Shown here in pieces: positions 10,013-19,027 of a stretch of 64,000 nt of DNA. How positions within the stretch are numbered: the stretch's first letter is position 1; each line of letters opens with the position of its first letter. The translations under genes and the position numbers were made by a program. The stretch is from an uncultured delta proteobacterium. GTDB lineage: Bacteria; Myxococcota_A; Polyangia; Palsa-1104. The stretch lies in assembly GCA_963785725.1 (NCBI GenBank), contig CAWAWS010000007.1:640001-704000 (forward strand), given 5' to 3'. A model generated the notes under the pieces. The model ran no database searches and was not told the DNA's origin. It was given only the letters and a program-made list of their open reading frames with translations.

Positions 10013-11429
10013 TTACTGGCGAACGTATTCGTATTCGAACGGCTGGCCGTTGATTCCGCGCGTCGGCGGCGCCACCCAGCCGGCGATCTTGCCCGGCTCG
10101 ACGACGGCGTGCATCAGGGATTCGATGTAGGCGATGTCGCTCGGCGAAGGCAGCCAATCATAGCGGCGCTTCTCGAACTCCTCGGCGCTCATGAGGTTGC
10201 CGTCGATGTCGAAGCGAGTGGCCCGAGTAGATGCCCTGATGGCGATGAAAGCGGCGATTGGGCAAGCGGAAGCGCTCGCGAGCGGCCGGCGCGCTCGAGC
10301 GTGCGGTTCCACTTGTCGACGGCGCGCTGGCAGTCGTCGACGTAGTTGTCGCGCAAGCACCTCGTTCATGGCGGTGCGCAGCGGAATGTCCTTGTCGACG
10401 AGCTTGCCGCCTTCGAGGACGGTCATGCTTGTAGCTGCCGTCGAGCGACCTTGTGGTCTTCGTAGCGCGTCCTCTTTGTAGCGACCTTTCAAGCCGGCGG
10501 CGAAGAAGTCGGCGGCGTTCGACGAGATCTCGCCGCCGAACAGATCCTCCGAGAGCGAGAACCACAAATTGAGATATTTTTGCAGCGTAACCAAATCGAT
10601 TCCGCCCAATTTACGCGACGTCGTCGTTCTGCTTGAGCAGCTCGGCGGTGCGCGTCGACCATGCGATCGACGCCGGTCTCGCCGACGAACATGTGGTGCG
10701 CCTCTTCGGTCAGCATGAAGCGCGTCGTGCGCGCGAGCGGATCGAAGCCCGATCTCGGCTAGCGCGTAGAGCTGATACTTGCCGTCGCGATCGGTGAACA
10801 TGGTGAAGAAGAAGAAGTCGACCCAGTTGGTGATCGGCTGATTGAACGCGCCGAGGATGCGCGGCTTGTCGGCGTCGCCGGAGCGGCGCTCGAGCAGGCC
10901 TTCGGCCTCTTCGCGGCCGTCTTTGCCGAAGTAGGAATGCAGCAGATAAACCATCGCCCACAGGTGGCGGCCCTCTTCGACGTTGACCTGGAAGAGGTTG
11001 CGCATGTCGTACAGCGACGGCGCGGTCTTGCCGAGCAGGCGCTGCTGCTCGACCGACGCCGGCTCGGTGTCGCCTTGCGTGACGATGATCCGGCGCAGCA
11101 TGTTGCGGAACTCGCCCGGCACTTCGTTCCACACCGGCTTGCCCATGTTGTCGCCGAAGCCGATCGTGCTTGTCCGACTCCTGCGGCGTGAGAAAAATGC
11201 CCCAGCGATAGTCCGGCATCTTCACGTAGTCGAAGTGCGCCCAGCCGTCGGTCTCGACGGAGATGGCGGTGCGCAGGTAGACGTCGCGCTCCTGAAAGCC
11301 TTCGGGGCCGACCTGTTTCCACCAGTCGATGTAGTTGGGCAGCCACTGCTCGAGCGCGCGCTGCAGCCGCTTGTCCGACGAGAGCGCGACGTTGTTGGGG
11401 ATCTTTTCGTTGGACAGGATGGCCGACAT
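10013..11429 (-). pseudogene. boxB: benzoyl-CoA 2,3-epoxidase subunit BoxB, broken by multiple frameshifts (decay or consensus errors)
   Basis: BoxB segments in alternating frames: 'EKIPNNV.LS.D.RLQRALEQW', 'VTQGDTEPASVEQQRLLG', 'QVNVEEGRHLWAM', 'FTMFTDRDGKYQL', 'MLTEEAHHMFVGE', 'PPTRGINGQPFEYEYVR'. Confidence 0.85.
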
Positions 11430-13073
11430 CTACGTTCTCCTCCAGTCGAAGCTGGGTCGTTCGGGCTTGCCGTATAGCGAGAGCGCGCCGCGTTCGCCGG
11501 TCGAGTTGGGGCGCGTGAAGATCCAGTTCTGCCAGGCCGAGAGGCGCCCGAAAATTTTCGTCTGCATCGTCTCGGGACCGACGCAGCGGAAGGACGCCTC
11601 CATGCCGGTGAGCGCGTCGGGGCTGATGGTGGCGCGCTCTTCGATGGCCAGGCGCAAGGTGTCGTCGAAGTCGATCTCGTCGGCGAGGACGGTGACGAGG
11701 CCGGCTTCGTCGGCTTCGGTCGGCCCGAGCGGCGCCTGCATCATGGCGGGCAGCTGATCGTCGATGCCCAGCATTTGCAGGCGCGTGAGGCCGTTGGTCG
11801 TCGGCAGCACGGTCGCGTTCAGCTTCGACGCTTGCACCTGCACCGGCCGCTTGGCGTCGTCGAGCATGTAGCGCCGATCGGCGGCGAGCGCGAGCTCCAG
11901 GAGCGAGCCGACGAAGCAGGACTCCGGCTCCAAAATCGCGAACAAGCTGCGCGCCGTGAGGTCGAGGCGACGGAGCACGCGCGCCATATGCAGCGTCACT
12001 TCGCGCACCAGCCAATGCTCGCGGCGGGCGTCGAGCTCGGCGTCGGTCTTGAGCAGCATGTTGCGATCGCCGCGCGTCTTGAGCAGGAAGAGGCCGACCT
12101 CCTCGTAGTTGAAGCGCAGGCGCAAGAGCGCGTCGTCGAGCTCGCGGAAGGCGCGCAGCGGCCACCAGTCGGCGCCGGCGGCGAGGATGGCGTCGATGCC
12201 GCTGACTTCGGCGTCGGGCGCGCGCATGGTGATGGTGGCCGTGCGGTGCGCGCGATCGATGGCGACGTCGACGTAGCGGTAGCGCAAGAGGTCGGCGCTG
12301 ACGTCGGGCGCGAGCGCGTCGAGCACGATGCCGGGGCCTTTTTCGGCGGTCGACAGCGCGGCCAGCCGCTGCGCGCGCTCGTGCACGACGCCGGCGAACT
12401 TCGAGCGCGGCGCCACTTGGTCGACGAGCTTCCACTCGACGGCGCGCTTGCCTTTGATGCCTTCGGCGAGCGTGGCGAAGACGTCGGCGCGGTCGCGGCG
12501 GACGCGGCGCTTGTCGACGACGCGGGTGAGGCCGCCCGTGCCCGGCAAGACGGCGAGCAGCGGCACTTCGGGCAGCGACACCGTCGACGAGCCGTCATCG
12601 AGGAGCACGATCTCGTCGCAGGCGAGCGCCAATTCGTAGCCGCCGCCGGCCGTCGGACCGTTGCAGGCGGCGAGGTAACGCTGACCCGAGTGCGCGCTGG
12701 CGTCCTCGATGCCGAGGCGCGTCTCGTTGGTGAACTTGCAGAAGTTGACCTTGAACGGGTGCGACGAGCCGGCGAGCATGTGGATGTTGGCGCCGGCGCA
12801 GAAGATGCGATCGCGGCTGGAGGTGACGACGACCGCGCGCACCTCGGGGTGCTCGAAGCGCAGGCGCATGACGGCGTCGGCCAGCTCGATGTCGACGCTC
12901 AGATCGTAGGAGTTGAGCTTGAGCGGATAGCCGGGACGCAGCGGATGCTCTTCGTCGACGGCCAGCGCCAGCGTCGCGATGTTGCCGTCGAGCTGCAGCT
13001 TCCAGTGGCGGTAGCGGCTCGGATGCGTCTCGAACGTGATCGGCTCGAGGCCACGATCGTTGGTCGGGTCCAT
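11430..13073 (-). CDS. boxC: 2,3-epoxybenzoyl-CoA dihydrolase BoxC
   Basis: 'FETHPSRYRHWKL', 'LKLNSYDL.VDIEL.DA', 'FCAGANI.ML', 'KVNFCKFTNETR', 'ETMQTKIFGRLSAWQNWIF.RPN'. Confidence 0.92.
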   Translation of the reverse strand: MDPTNDRGLEPITFETHPSRYRHWKLQLDGNIATLALAVDEEHPLRPGYPLKLNSYDLSVDIELADAVMRLRFEHPEVRAVVVTSSRDRIFCAGANIHMLAGSSHPFKVNFCKFTNETRLGIEDASAHSGQRYLAACNGPTAGGGYELALACDEIVLLDDGSSTVSLPEVPLLAVLPGTGGLTRVVDKRRVRRDRADVFATLAEGIKGKRAVEWKLVDQVAPRSKFAGVVHERAQRLAALSTAEKGPGIVLDALAPDVSADLLRYRYVDVAIDRAHRTATITMRAPDAEVSGIDAILAAGADWWPLRAFRELDDALLRLRFNYEEVGLFLLKTRGDRNMLLKTDAELDARREHWLVREVTLHMARVLRRLDLTARSLFAILEPESCFVGSLLELALAADRRYMLDDAKRPVQVQASKLNATVLPTTNGLTRLQMLGIDDQLPAMMQAPLGPTEADEAGLVTVLADEIDFDDTLRLAIEERATISPDALTGMEASFRCVGPETMQTKIFGRLSAWQNWIFTRPNSTGERGALSLYGKPERPSFDWRRT

Positions 13074-13103
13074 GCGATGATCGTTAAGCCATCGAGAAAT
13101 GGG

Positions 13104-13154
13104 CTGCAAGCGCTATAGTGCATAGCGTCGTGGGGCGATTGCAGTATAATGCCG
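13104..13154. promoter_or_regulatory. putative BoxR/BzdR operator sites and divergent promoter
   Basis: TGCA elements at 13105, 13119 and 13140; near-palindromes AAGCGCTATAGTGCAT and TTGCAGTATAATGCCG; TATAAT at 13145-13150, between divergent boxC and boxR. Confidence 0.55.
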
Positions 13155-13170
13155 ATATGCGGTCGCGGTC

Positions 13171-14187
13171 ATGGCAGCGTGTGAGCGAGGGCCGGTTTGC
13201 GCGGCTCGGGGCACTCATGAGCCCGATGGTCGCTACCTTGCTCGGGTCGCAGCAGTCGTTGCCGAGGGTCGAGGGCTCGCCGTGGTCGCGGGCGATGGTG
13301 CGTCGTTGAACCGCGCGTTGACGCGCCGGCCGCCGCGCTCGCCGCTCTTGGCCGGCGTCGGCGCGCGCGTCCGTTCGCTGCGCGAAGCGCAGGGGCTGAC
13401 GCAAAAGACGCTGGCGGAGCGCTCGGGCGTGAGCGCGCGGTTCTTGGCGCAGCTCGAGGCCGGCGACGGCAATATCTCGCTCGAGCGCTTCGATCAGGTG
13501 GCGCGGGCGCTGGGGAGCTCGCCGTCGCAGCTGCTCGATCCGCGGGCGCCCGCCGGCGGCGACGACGAGCGGCAGCGGCTGCGCGCCGTCCTCGGCGTCG
13601 AGCTCGATCGGCGCAGCGCCGCCGAGCTCAACGAAGTGCGCCGCTGGCTCGACGCCCGCTTCGCGCGCCGCACGGCGCCGACCATCGCGCTGCTCGGCTT
13701 GCGCGGCGCGGGCAAGAGCACGATCGGGCCGCGTTTGGCCGAGCGGCTGGGGCTGCGTTTCGTCGAGCTCGACCTGGCGATCGAAGAGGCAGCCGGCCTG
13801 ACGCTCAACGAGATCTTCATGCTGCACGGCGAAGGCTATTACCGCCGGCTCGAGCGCGAGACGCTGCAGGGCTTGCTCGCCGACGGGCAGGGCATGGTCA
13901 TCGCGGCCGGCGGCGGCATCGTCAACGACAAGGAGACCTATCGGCTGTTGCGGCGGCGGGCGGTGACGGTGTGGCTGAAGGCGAAGCCGGAGGATCATTG
14001 GAATCGCGTCATTCAGCAGGGCGATCAGCGGCCGATGGCGCAGCATCCGCACGCGATGGCCGAGCTGCGGGCGCTGTTGGCGGCGCGCGAGCGGCTGTAT
14101 TCGGAGGCCGAGCATGTGCTGGATACGTCGCGCTTCGATGCCGACGGCGCCGTCGACAAGCTGGCGCGCGAGCTCGGCGGCGCATGA
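13171..14187 (+). CDS. boxR: BoxR/BzdR-family regulator (XRE HTH + shikimate-kinase-like domain); start uncertain (possibly TTG 13306)
   Basis: HTH 'LTQKTLAERSGVSARFLAQLEAGDGNIS', P-loop 'LLGLRGAGKSTIG', 'RVIQQGDQRPM'; divergent from boxCB. Confidence 0.85.
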   Translation: MAACERGPVCAARGTHEPDGRYLARVAAVVAEGRGLAVVAGDGASLNRALTRRPPRSPLLAGVGARVRSLREAQGLTQKTLAERSGVSARFLAQLEAGDGNISLERFDQVARALGSSPSQLLDPRAPAGGDDERQRLRAVLGVELDRRSAAELNEVRRWLDARFARRTAPTIALLGLRGAGKSTIGPRLAERLGLRFVELDLAIEEAAGLTLNEIFMLHGEGYYRRLERETLQGLLADGQGMVIAAGGGIVNDKETYRLLRRRAVTVWLKAKPEDHWNRVIQQGDQRPMAQHPHAMAELRALLAARERLYSEAEHVLDTSRFDADGAVDKLARELGGA

Positions 14188-14222
14188 GCGGCGGGTGTGA
14201 GCGGCGTGCCGAGCGGCCGTGC

Positions 14223-14494
14223 GTGAGCGGCAAGCGCGTCGGACGAGTGAGCGGCGAGCGCGTCGGACGAGTGAGCGGCAAGCGCGTCGGACGAGTGAGC
14301 GGCAAGTGCGTCGGACGAGTGAGCGGCAAGCGCGTCGGATCCACGAGCGGTGACGCCTGGGCGGCAAGCGTGTTGGGCGAATGAGCGGCAAGCGCGTTGG
14401 GCGAATGAGCGGCAAGCGTGTTGGGCGAATGAGCGGCAAGCGTGCTGGGCGAATGAGCGGCGAGCGCGTCGGACGAATGAGCGGTGACGCCTGA
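14223..14494 (+). repeat. 24-bp tandem repeat array (~10 copies in two blocks) encoding (M/V)SGKRVGR
   Basis: Unit RTGAGCGGCAAGCGCGTYGGRCGA; no spacers. Confidence 0.9.
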
Positions 14495-14874
14495 GCGGCG
14501 AGGCGTGGCTGCTGCTCACCGCCGTTGGCGCGGCGCCGCTGGCGGCGGTCGGCTGGCTGCGCTGGCGGCTGCGGCCGACGGCGACGAGCGCGCGCGCCGA
14601 TCGGCTGCTCGCGGACGCCGAGGCGCGGATGCGGGCGCGCGACGACGCGGCGCTGCTCGCGCTGTTGGCGGCGGCGCCGCTCGGAGACTCGGCGGTCGCG
14701 CAGAAGCTGCGTGGCGCGGCGAAGAAGCGGCGCTTCAGTGACGTGCAGCAGCATTGGGGAATGCTCTGGCCCGAGCTTGTCGGCGGTCAGCCGCGGCAGC
14801 TCGAGCTGGACGTCGCGATCGAGCTGGGCGCGGCGATCAAGGTGCTCGTCGATCGCCATCCGAAGTCGGGGTGA
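14491..14874 (+). CDS. small membrane-anchored hypothetical protein (CTG start inferred)
   Basis: The frame of ORF 14629..14874 extends back to 14491 with a hydrophobic 'SGEAWLLLTAVGAAPLAAVGWLRW' segment. Confidence 0.5.
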   Translation: MSGEAWLLLTAVGAAPLAAVGWLRWRLRPTATSARADRLLADAEARMRARDDAALLALLAAAPLGDSAVAQKLRGAAKKRRFSDVQQHWGMLWPELVGGQPRQLELDVAIELGAAIKVLVDRHPKSG

Positions 14875-15007
14875 CGCAAGTCGTCGGCGCGTCGCCGCGG
14901 TCGCGTCGTTGCGGTCGCGTCGCTTGCTGCGATGGGCGCTGCGCTGATGAATTGTCAGCCGTGGATCGACGTCGCGAAAGCCGTCAGGGCAGCGTCGGCG
15001 AGGCGTG

Positions 15008-15052
15008 TCCGTTATTGCGGATGAGATACAGAGACATCCGTTATTGCGGATG
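15008..15052. repeat. 16-bp direct repeat TCCGTTATTGCGGATG (each copy a mini-hairpin) duplicating a gene 3' end
   Basis: Copies at 15008-15023 and 15037-15052; the second contains the stop codon of the 15041 gene. Confidence 0.7.
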
Positions 15053-15760
15053 GTCGCTCTCGCGGCGGCTGAAGATCAAGAAATGTAAGGGCGGGGTCGG
15101 TTCGTGCGCGGCCACGTCGACGGTCAGCGTGCGCTCACCGGCTTGCGGATGCCAACCGCGCAGGCGGTAGCGGCCGGGAGCGAGCAGGAAGCTGAAGCGG
15201 CAATTGCCGTTGCTGAGACGCGCGAAATACGGAGTGACGAAGACCCAGCCGACGCCGTTGCGGTCGTCGACGACCTTGACGATGCCTTCGGGGAGCACGA
15301 CGCGGCCTTCGCCGGTGCTCGGTGGGACGGTCGCGAGCAGCTTGTCGTTGGCGAAGAAGCGCAGCGTCACCGGTGAGCGGACGGCGGTGGCGACGTTGGG
15401 ATGCGCGGTGCCGACGAAGGGGGCGCGCGCGAAGTCCCAGTCGATGATGTCGAGCGCGGCGGCGCTGGTCGCGGCGGGCGCGGCCGAGTGCTTGTGCGCG
15501 TGCCTGGACGGCTTCGCCGCGCCGAGCGGCTCGACGACGACGACGACGCGCGACAGGCCGCCGCTGATGTCGGTGCGGCCGCCGAGGTCGACGGGCTGGA
15601 GGTCGCAGCCGGCGTCGGCGAAGTCGGGCACGCGGCCGGTCCAGGCGACGACGCCGCGCAGGCGCGCGACCGCGGCGGCCGGCCGCTTCGCGTGGGCGCC
15701 AGCCGCGGCGGTCTCGGCCGGCAAGGCGGCGAGCAGCAGGAGGGCGAGCACGAGGCGCAC
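15041..15760 (-). CDS. exported protein with carboxypeptidase-regulatory-like/cupredoxin-like beta domains
   Basis: Signal peptide; 'LRGVVAWTG', 'GWVFVTPYFA', 'LAPGRYRLRGWHP..G'. Confidence 0.55.
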   Translation of the reverse strand: MRLVLALLLLAALPAETAAAGAHAKRPAAAVARLRGVVAWTGRVPDFADAGCDLQPVDLGGRTDISGGLSRVVVVVEPLGAAKPSRHAHKHSAAPAATSAAALDIIDWDFARAPFVGTAHPNVATAVRSPVTLRFFANDKLLATVPPSTGEGRVVLPEGIVKVVDDRNGVGWVFVTPYFARLSNGNCRFSFLLAPGRYRLRGWHPQAGERTLTVDVAAHEPTPPLHFLIFSRRESDHPQ

Positions 15761-15879
15761 CGGCCGATTGTATTCGGCTTCGATGACTGATGCTGGACGG
15801 AATGCAGGCCGGCCCGCAACGTCGTGAGCGGCGGACGTAGGCGCGAGGTTGCCGTCGACGGCGAGCGTGGACGAAGGTT

Positions 15880-16163
15880 GACGTCATGACTGCCGCGAGC
15901 GTGGGCGCGAGGGTTGCCGTGGTGAGCGACGTCATGATCGCCGCGAGCGTGGGCGCGAGGTTGCCGTGGTGAGCGACGTCATGATCGCCGCGAGCGTGGG
16001 TGCGAGGGTTGCCGTGGTGAGCGACGTCATGATCGCCGCGAGCGCGGGCGCGAGGTTGCCGTGGTGAGCGACGTATGATCGCGGCGAGCGTGGGCGCGAG
16101 GGTTGCCGTGGTGAGCGACGTCATGATCGCGGCGAGCGCGGGCGCGAGGTTGCCGTGGTGAGC
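15880..16163. repeat. 47/48-bp tandem repeat, 6 copies (higher-order ~95-bp dimer x3)
   Basis: Unit GACGTCATGATCGCCGCGAGCGTGGGCGCGAGG(G)TTGCCGTGGTGAGC starting at 15880, 15928, 15975, 16023, 16070 and 16117. Confidence 0.9.
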
Positions 16164-16457
16164 GGCACGCCTGGCGAAGGTTGACGTGGTGCTCGCCGAG
16201 TGTAGACGATGGTTGCCGTCGAGATCGCCGCGCCGCGCGCCGGCGATCGGTGGACTAAGGTCGCCGGATCCTGAGCTGGGGGCGAACGTCGGCGCTTCGA
16301 GACCGAGCCCGTCATAAACCGCGAGCACCGTTGCGCGCTCCACCGATGGCGGGCACGACGGAGCTCCGGCGCGCGCGGCCACCGGCCGCCCGCGCGCCTC
16401 CGCCGCAAGGCAACCACAAACGAGCGCGGGCGAGCGACTGCGATGATTGATCGGTAA

Positions 16458-17621
16458 TTAGCCGGCAGCGAGCGCGCGCGCGACCGCATCGGCCACGCTG
16501 TCGTCGCCCGGCGGCAGGCGAAACGACTCGGCCGATCCCAACGCGCGCAGCTGTCGCGCCTGCGCCGCGTCGCGCACGCCGACGACGAAGAGGTGCACGG
16601 CGGCGTCCGACGCATCCACGCGCGCCGCCAGCGCCAGCCCATCGCTCGGCTGTCGCCCGACGTCGACGATGAGCGCACGCGCCCGTCCAAGCGACAACGT
16701 GTCGGCGTCGGTCACCACGGCGCAGGCGATCGCGCGTGTCGCCAACGCCGCCACCGCCCGCTCGGCGCGGATCGGATCGAGGCAGAACAGCACGGCCTTC
16801 ACCGTCTTCACGGCCGTGGCCTTCGCCGTCGTGGCCTGCGCGGCCTTGGCGAGCGCCGCGTTTTTGGCTGCCGCAGTCTTGGCGTGCCCGACGGTTTTCG
16901 CGTGCGCCGCGTTTTTGGCCGGCGCAGTCTCGGCGAGCGCGGCGCTTTTGGCGAGCGCCGCGCTTTTGCCATGCCCCGCGGTTTTGCCGTGCGCCGCTTT
17001 GACGGACACATCCGCTTTGACGGCCGCGGTCTGCTTGCCCTCTGCTTTAGCGGACGCTGGGCGCGCGCCGCCCGGCGCCGCTGCCTTTGCGTCCGCCGCG
17101 CCCTTCACGGCCGCGCCCGCCGCGCCCTTCGCGGCTGCGCCCGCCGCGCCCTTCGCGGCCGCGCCCGCCGCGCCCTTCGCGGCTGCGACCGTCGCGCCCT
17201 TCGCGGCTGCGCCCGCCGCGCCCTTCACGGCCGTGCCCTCCGCTTTGACGGACGCCACCGCATGCGCATCCGTCAAAGCGGACACGAGCGCCTTCGGCGC
17301 CACCGCCCGAAAGCTCTCGTCGATCCACTGCTCGACCTCACGCCGCGGCACGTCCTCGGCGACGTTGAACTTCGACGTCACCCACCCGTGCTTGCCCATC
17401 CCGTAGTGCGTCGGCTCGGCATACGGCCGCTGCAACAGCTGCCGCCCCGTCGCCGGCAGCTTCACCGTCACGTACAGCTGCTTCGCATGCACGCCGCAGA
17501 AGAAGAAGATCTTGCCGCGCACCTTCACGACACGATCGCCCCACGGCGCCTCTTCATACGTCTCGGGATAGCCGAGCGCCCGCTGCCGCAGCCGCTGCGC
17601 CAGCGCCTCCAGCTGCTTCAT
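16458..17621 (-). CDS. MmcQ/YjbR-family protein fused to an Ala/Lys-rich repeat linker and a degenerate receiver-like domain
   Basis: 'YPETYEEAPWGDRVVKVRGKIF', 'PTHYGMGKHGWV', 'WIDESFRAVAPK'; AAKGAAGA repeats; ATG overlaps the gnd stop. Confidence 0.75.
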   Translation of the reverse strand: MKQLEALAQRLRQRALGYPETYEEAPWGDRVVKVRGKIFFFCGVHAKQLYVTVKLPATGRQLLQRPYAEPTHYGMGKHGWVTSKFNVAEDVPRREVEQWIDESFRAVAPKALVSALTDAHAVASVKAEGTAVKGAAGAAAKGATVAAAKGAAGAAAKGAAGAAAKGAAGAAVKGAADAKAAAPGGARPASAKAEGKQTAAVKADVSVKAAHGKTAGHGKSAALAKSAALAETAPAKNAAHAKTVGHAKTAAAKNAALAKAAQATTAKATAVKTVKAVLFCLDPIRAERAVAALATRAIACAVVTDADTLSLGRARALIVDVGRQPSDGLALAARVDASDAAVHLFVVGVRDAAQARQLRALGSAESFRLPPGDDSVADAVARALAAG

Positions 17622-19027
17622 TCGTTCCAGTTCGTATGGAACGTGCCCTCGCGATCGAAGCGCTGATACGTGTGCGCGCCGAAGAAGTCGCGCTGCGCCT
17701 GAATCAGCGACGCCGGCAGCCGCTCGCGACGATAGCCGTCGTAATACGACAGCGACGCCATCATCGCCGGCATCGGCAGCCCGTTCTGCACGCCGAGGCC
17801 GATCGCGCGCCGCCAGCCCGGCTGCACGTCGCCCATGTCCTTGGCGAACTGCGGGTCCAGCAACAGGTTCGGCAGATTCGGGTTGTTCTCGTAGGCGTTC
17901 TTGATCTGCCCGAGGAACTTCGCGCGGATGATGCAGCCGCCCTTCCAGATGCGCGCGATGCGGCCGAGGTGCAGATCCCATTCGTGCGTCTTCGACGCCA
18001 CGCGCAAGAGGTTCATGCCCTGCGCGTACGAGCACAGCTTGGCCGCGTACAGCGCGTGCCGCACGTCGTCGACGAGCTGCTTCTTGTCGATGAACGACGG
18101 CGCCGGCTTCGGCCCGAGCAGCACCTTCGACGCCGCGACGCGCTCCGACTTCAGCCCCGAAATGACGCGCGCATCGAGCGCCGACGCGATCGTCTGCACC
18201 GGCGCCGCCAGCTCCGCCGCCTGCTGCACCGTCCACTTGCCGGTGCCTTTGCTGCCCGACTGATCGAGGATGACATCGACCATCGGCTGCCCGGTCAAGT
18301 CGTCCTTCTTGGCCAGGATCTGCGCCGTAATCTCGATCAGGAACGACTGCAGCTCGCTCTTGTTCCAGGCCGCGAAGACGTCCGACAGCTCGCTCGGATT
18401 GAAGCCGCCGATGTTGCGCAACAGATCGTAGGCCTCGGCGATGAGCTGCATGTCGCCGTACTCGATGCCGTTGTGCACCATCTTGACGTAGTGGCCGGCG
18501 CCGCCCGGTCCCATGTAATCGACGCACGGCCCGTCGTCGACCTGCGCGGCGATCTTCGTCAAGATCGGCGCCAGCGCGTCGTACGCCGCGCGATGGCCGC
18601 CCGGCATCATCGACGGTCCCTTGCGCGCGCCCTCTTCACCGCCGGAGACGCCCATGCCGACGTAATTCAGCCCCGCCGCCTCGGCCTCTTTGGCGCGCCG
18701 CTCGGTGTTCTCGAAGAACTCGTTGCCGCCGTCGACGAGCATGTCGTCTTTCTCGAGGTGCGGCTTCAGCGCCGCGATGGTGTCGTCGACGGGCTTGCCC
18801 GCCTTGACCATCATGACGATGCGCCGCGGCCGCTCCAGCGACGCCACGAATTCCTGCGGCGACTTCGCGCCGAAGATCTTCTTGCCCGGGTTTTTCGCGA
18901 CGAACTCGTCCACTTTCTCCGTCGTGCGATTGTAGACGGCGATGGGAAAGCCTTTTTCCTCGATGTTGAGCGCCAAGTTCTCGCCCATGACTGCCAGCCC
19001 GATGAGGCCGATCTTCTGCTTTTCCAT
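17618..19027 (-). CDS. gnd: NADP-dependent 6-phosphogluconate dehydrogenase
   Basis: 'IGLIGLAVMGENLALN', 'GMGVSGGEEGA', 'VKMVHNGIEYGDMQLI', 'LIQAQRDFFGAHTY'. Confidence 0.97.
   Translation of the reverse strand: MEKQKIGLIGLAVMGENLALNIEEKGFPIAVYNRTTEKVDEFVAKNPGKKIFGAKSPQEFVASLERPRRIVMMVKAGKPVDDTIAALKPHLEKDDMLVDGGNEFFENTERRAKEAEAAGLNYVGMGVSGGEEGARKGPSMMPGGHRAAYDALAPILTKIAAQVDDGPCVDYMGPGGAGHYVKMVHNGIEYGDMQLIAEAYDLLRNIGGFNPSELSDVFAAWNKSELQSFLIEITAQILAKKDDLTGQPMVDVILDQSGSKGTGKWTVQQAAELAAPVQTIASALDARVISGLKSERVAASKVLLGPKPAPSFIDKKQLVDDVRHALYAAKLCSYAQGMNLLRVASKTHEWDLHLGRIARIWKGGCIIRAKFLGQIKNAYENNPNLPNLLLDPQFAKDMGDVQPGWRRAIGLGVQNGLPMPAMMASLSYYDGYRRERLPASLIQAQRDFFGAHTYQRFDREGTFHTNWNE

Noticed and set aside
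14223..14494. Possible CRISPR array
   Set aside because: 24-bp head-to-tail repeats without spacers.
15880..16163. Possible CRISPR array
   Set aside because: Units are contiguous near-identical repeats with no unique spacers, and no cas genes are in the window.
16458..18527. 689-aa ORF as a single gene
   Set aside because: Its N-terminal part is an off-frame reading of gnd; the real gene starts at 17621.
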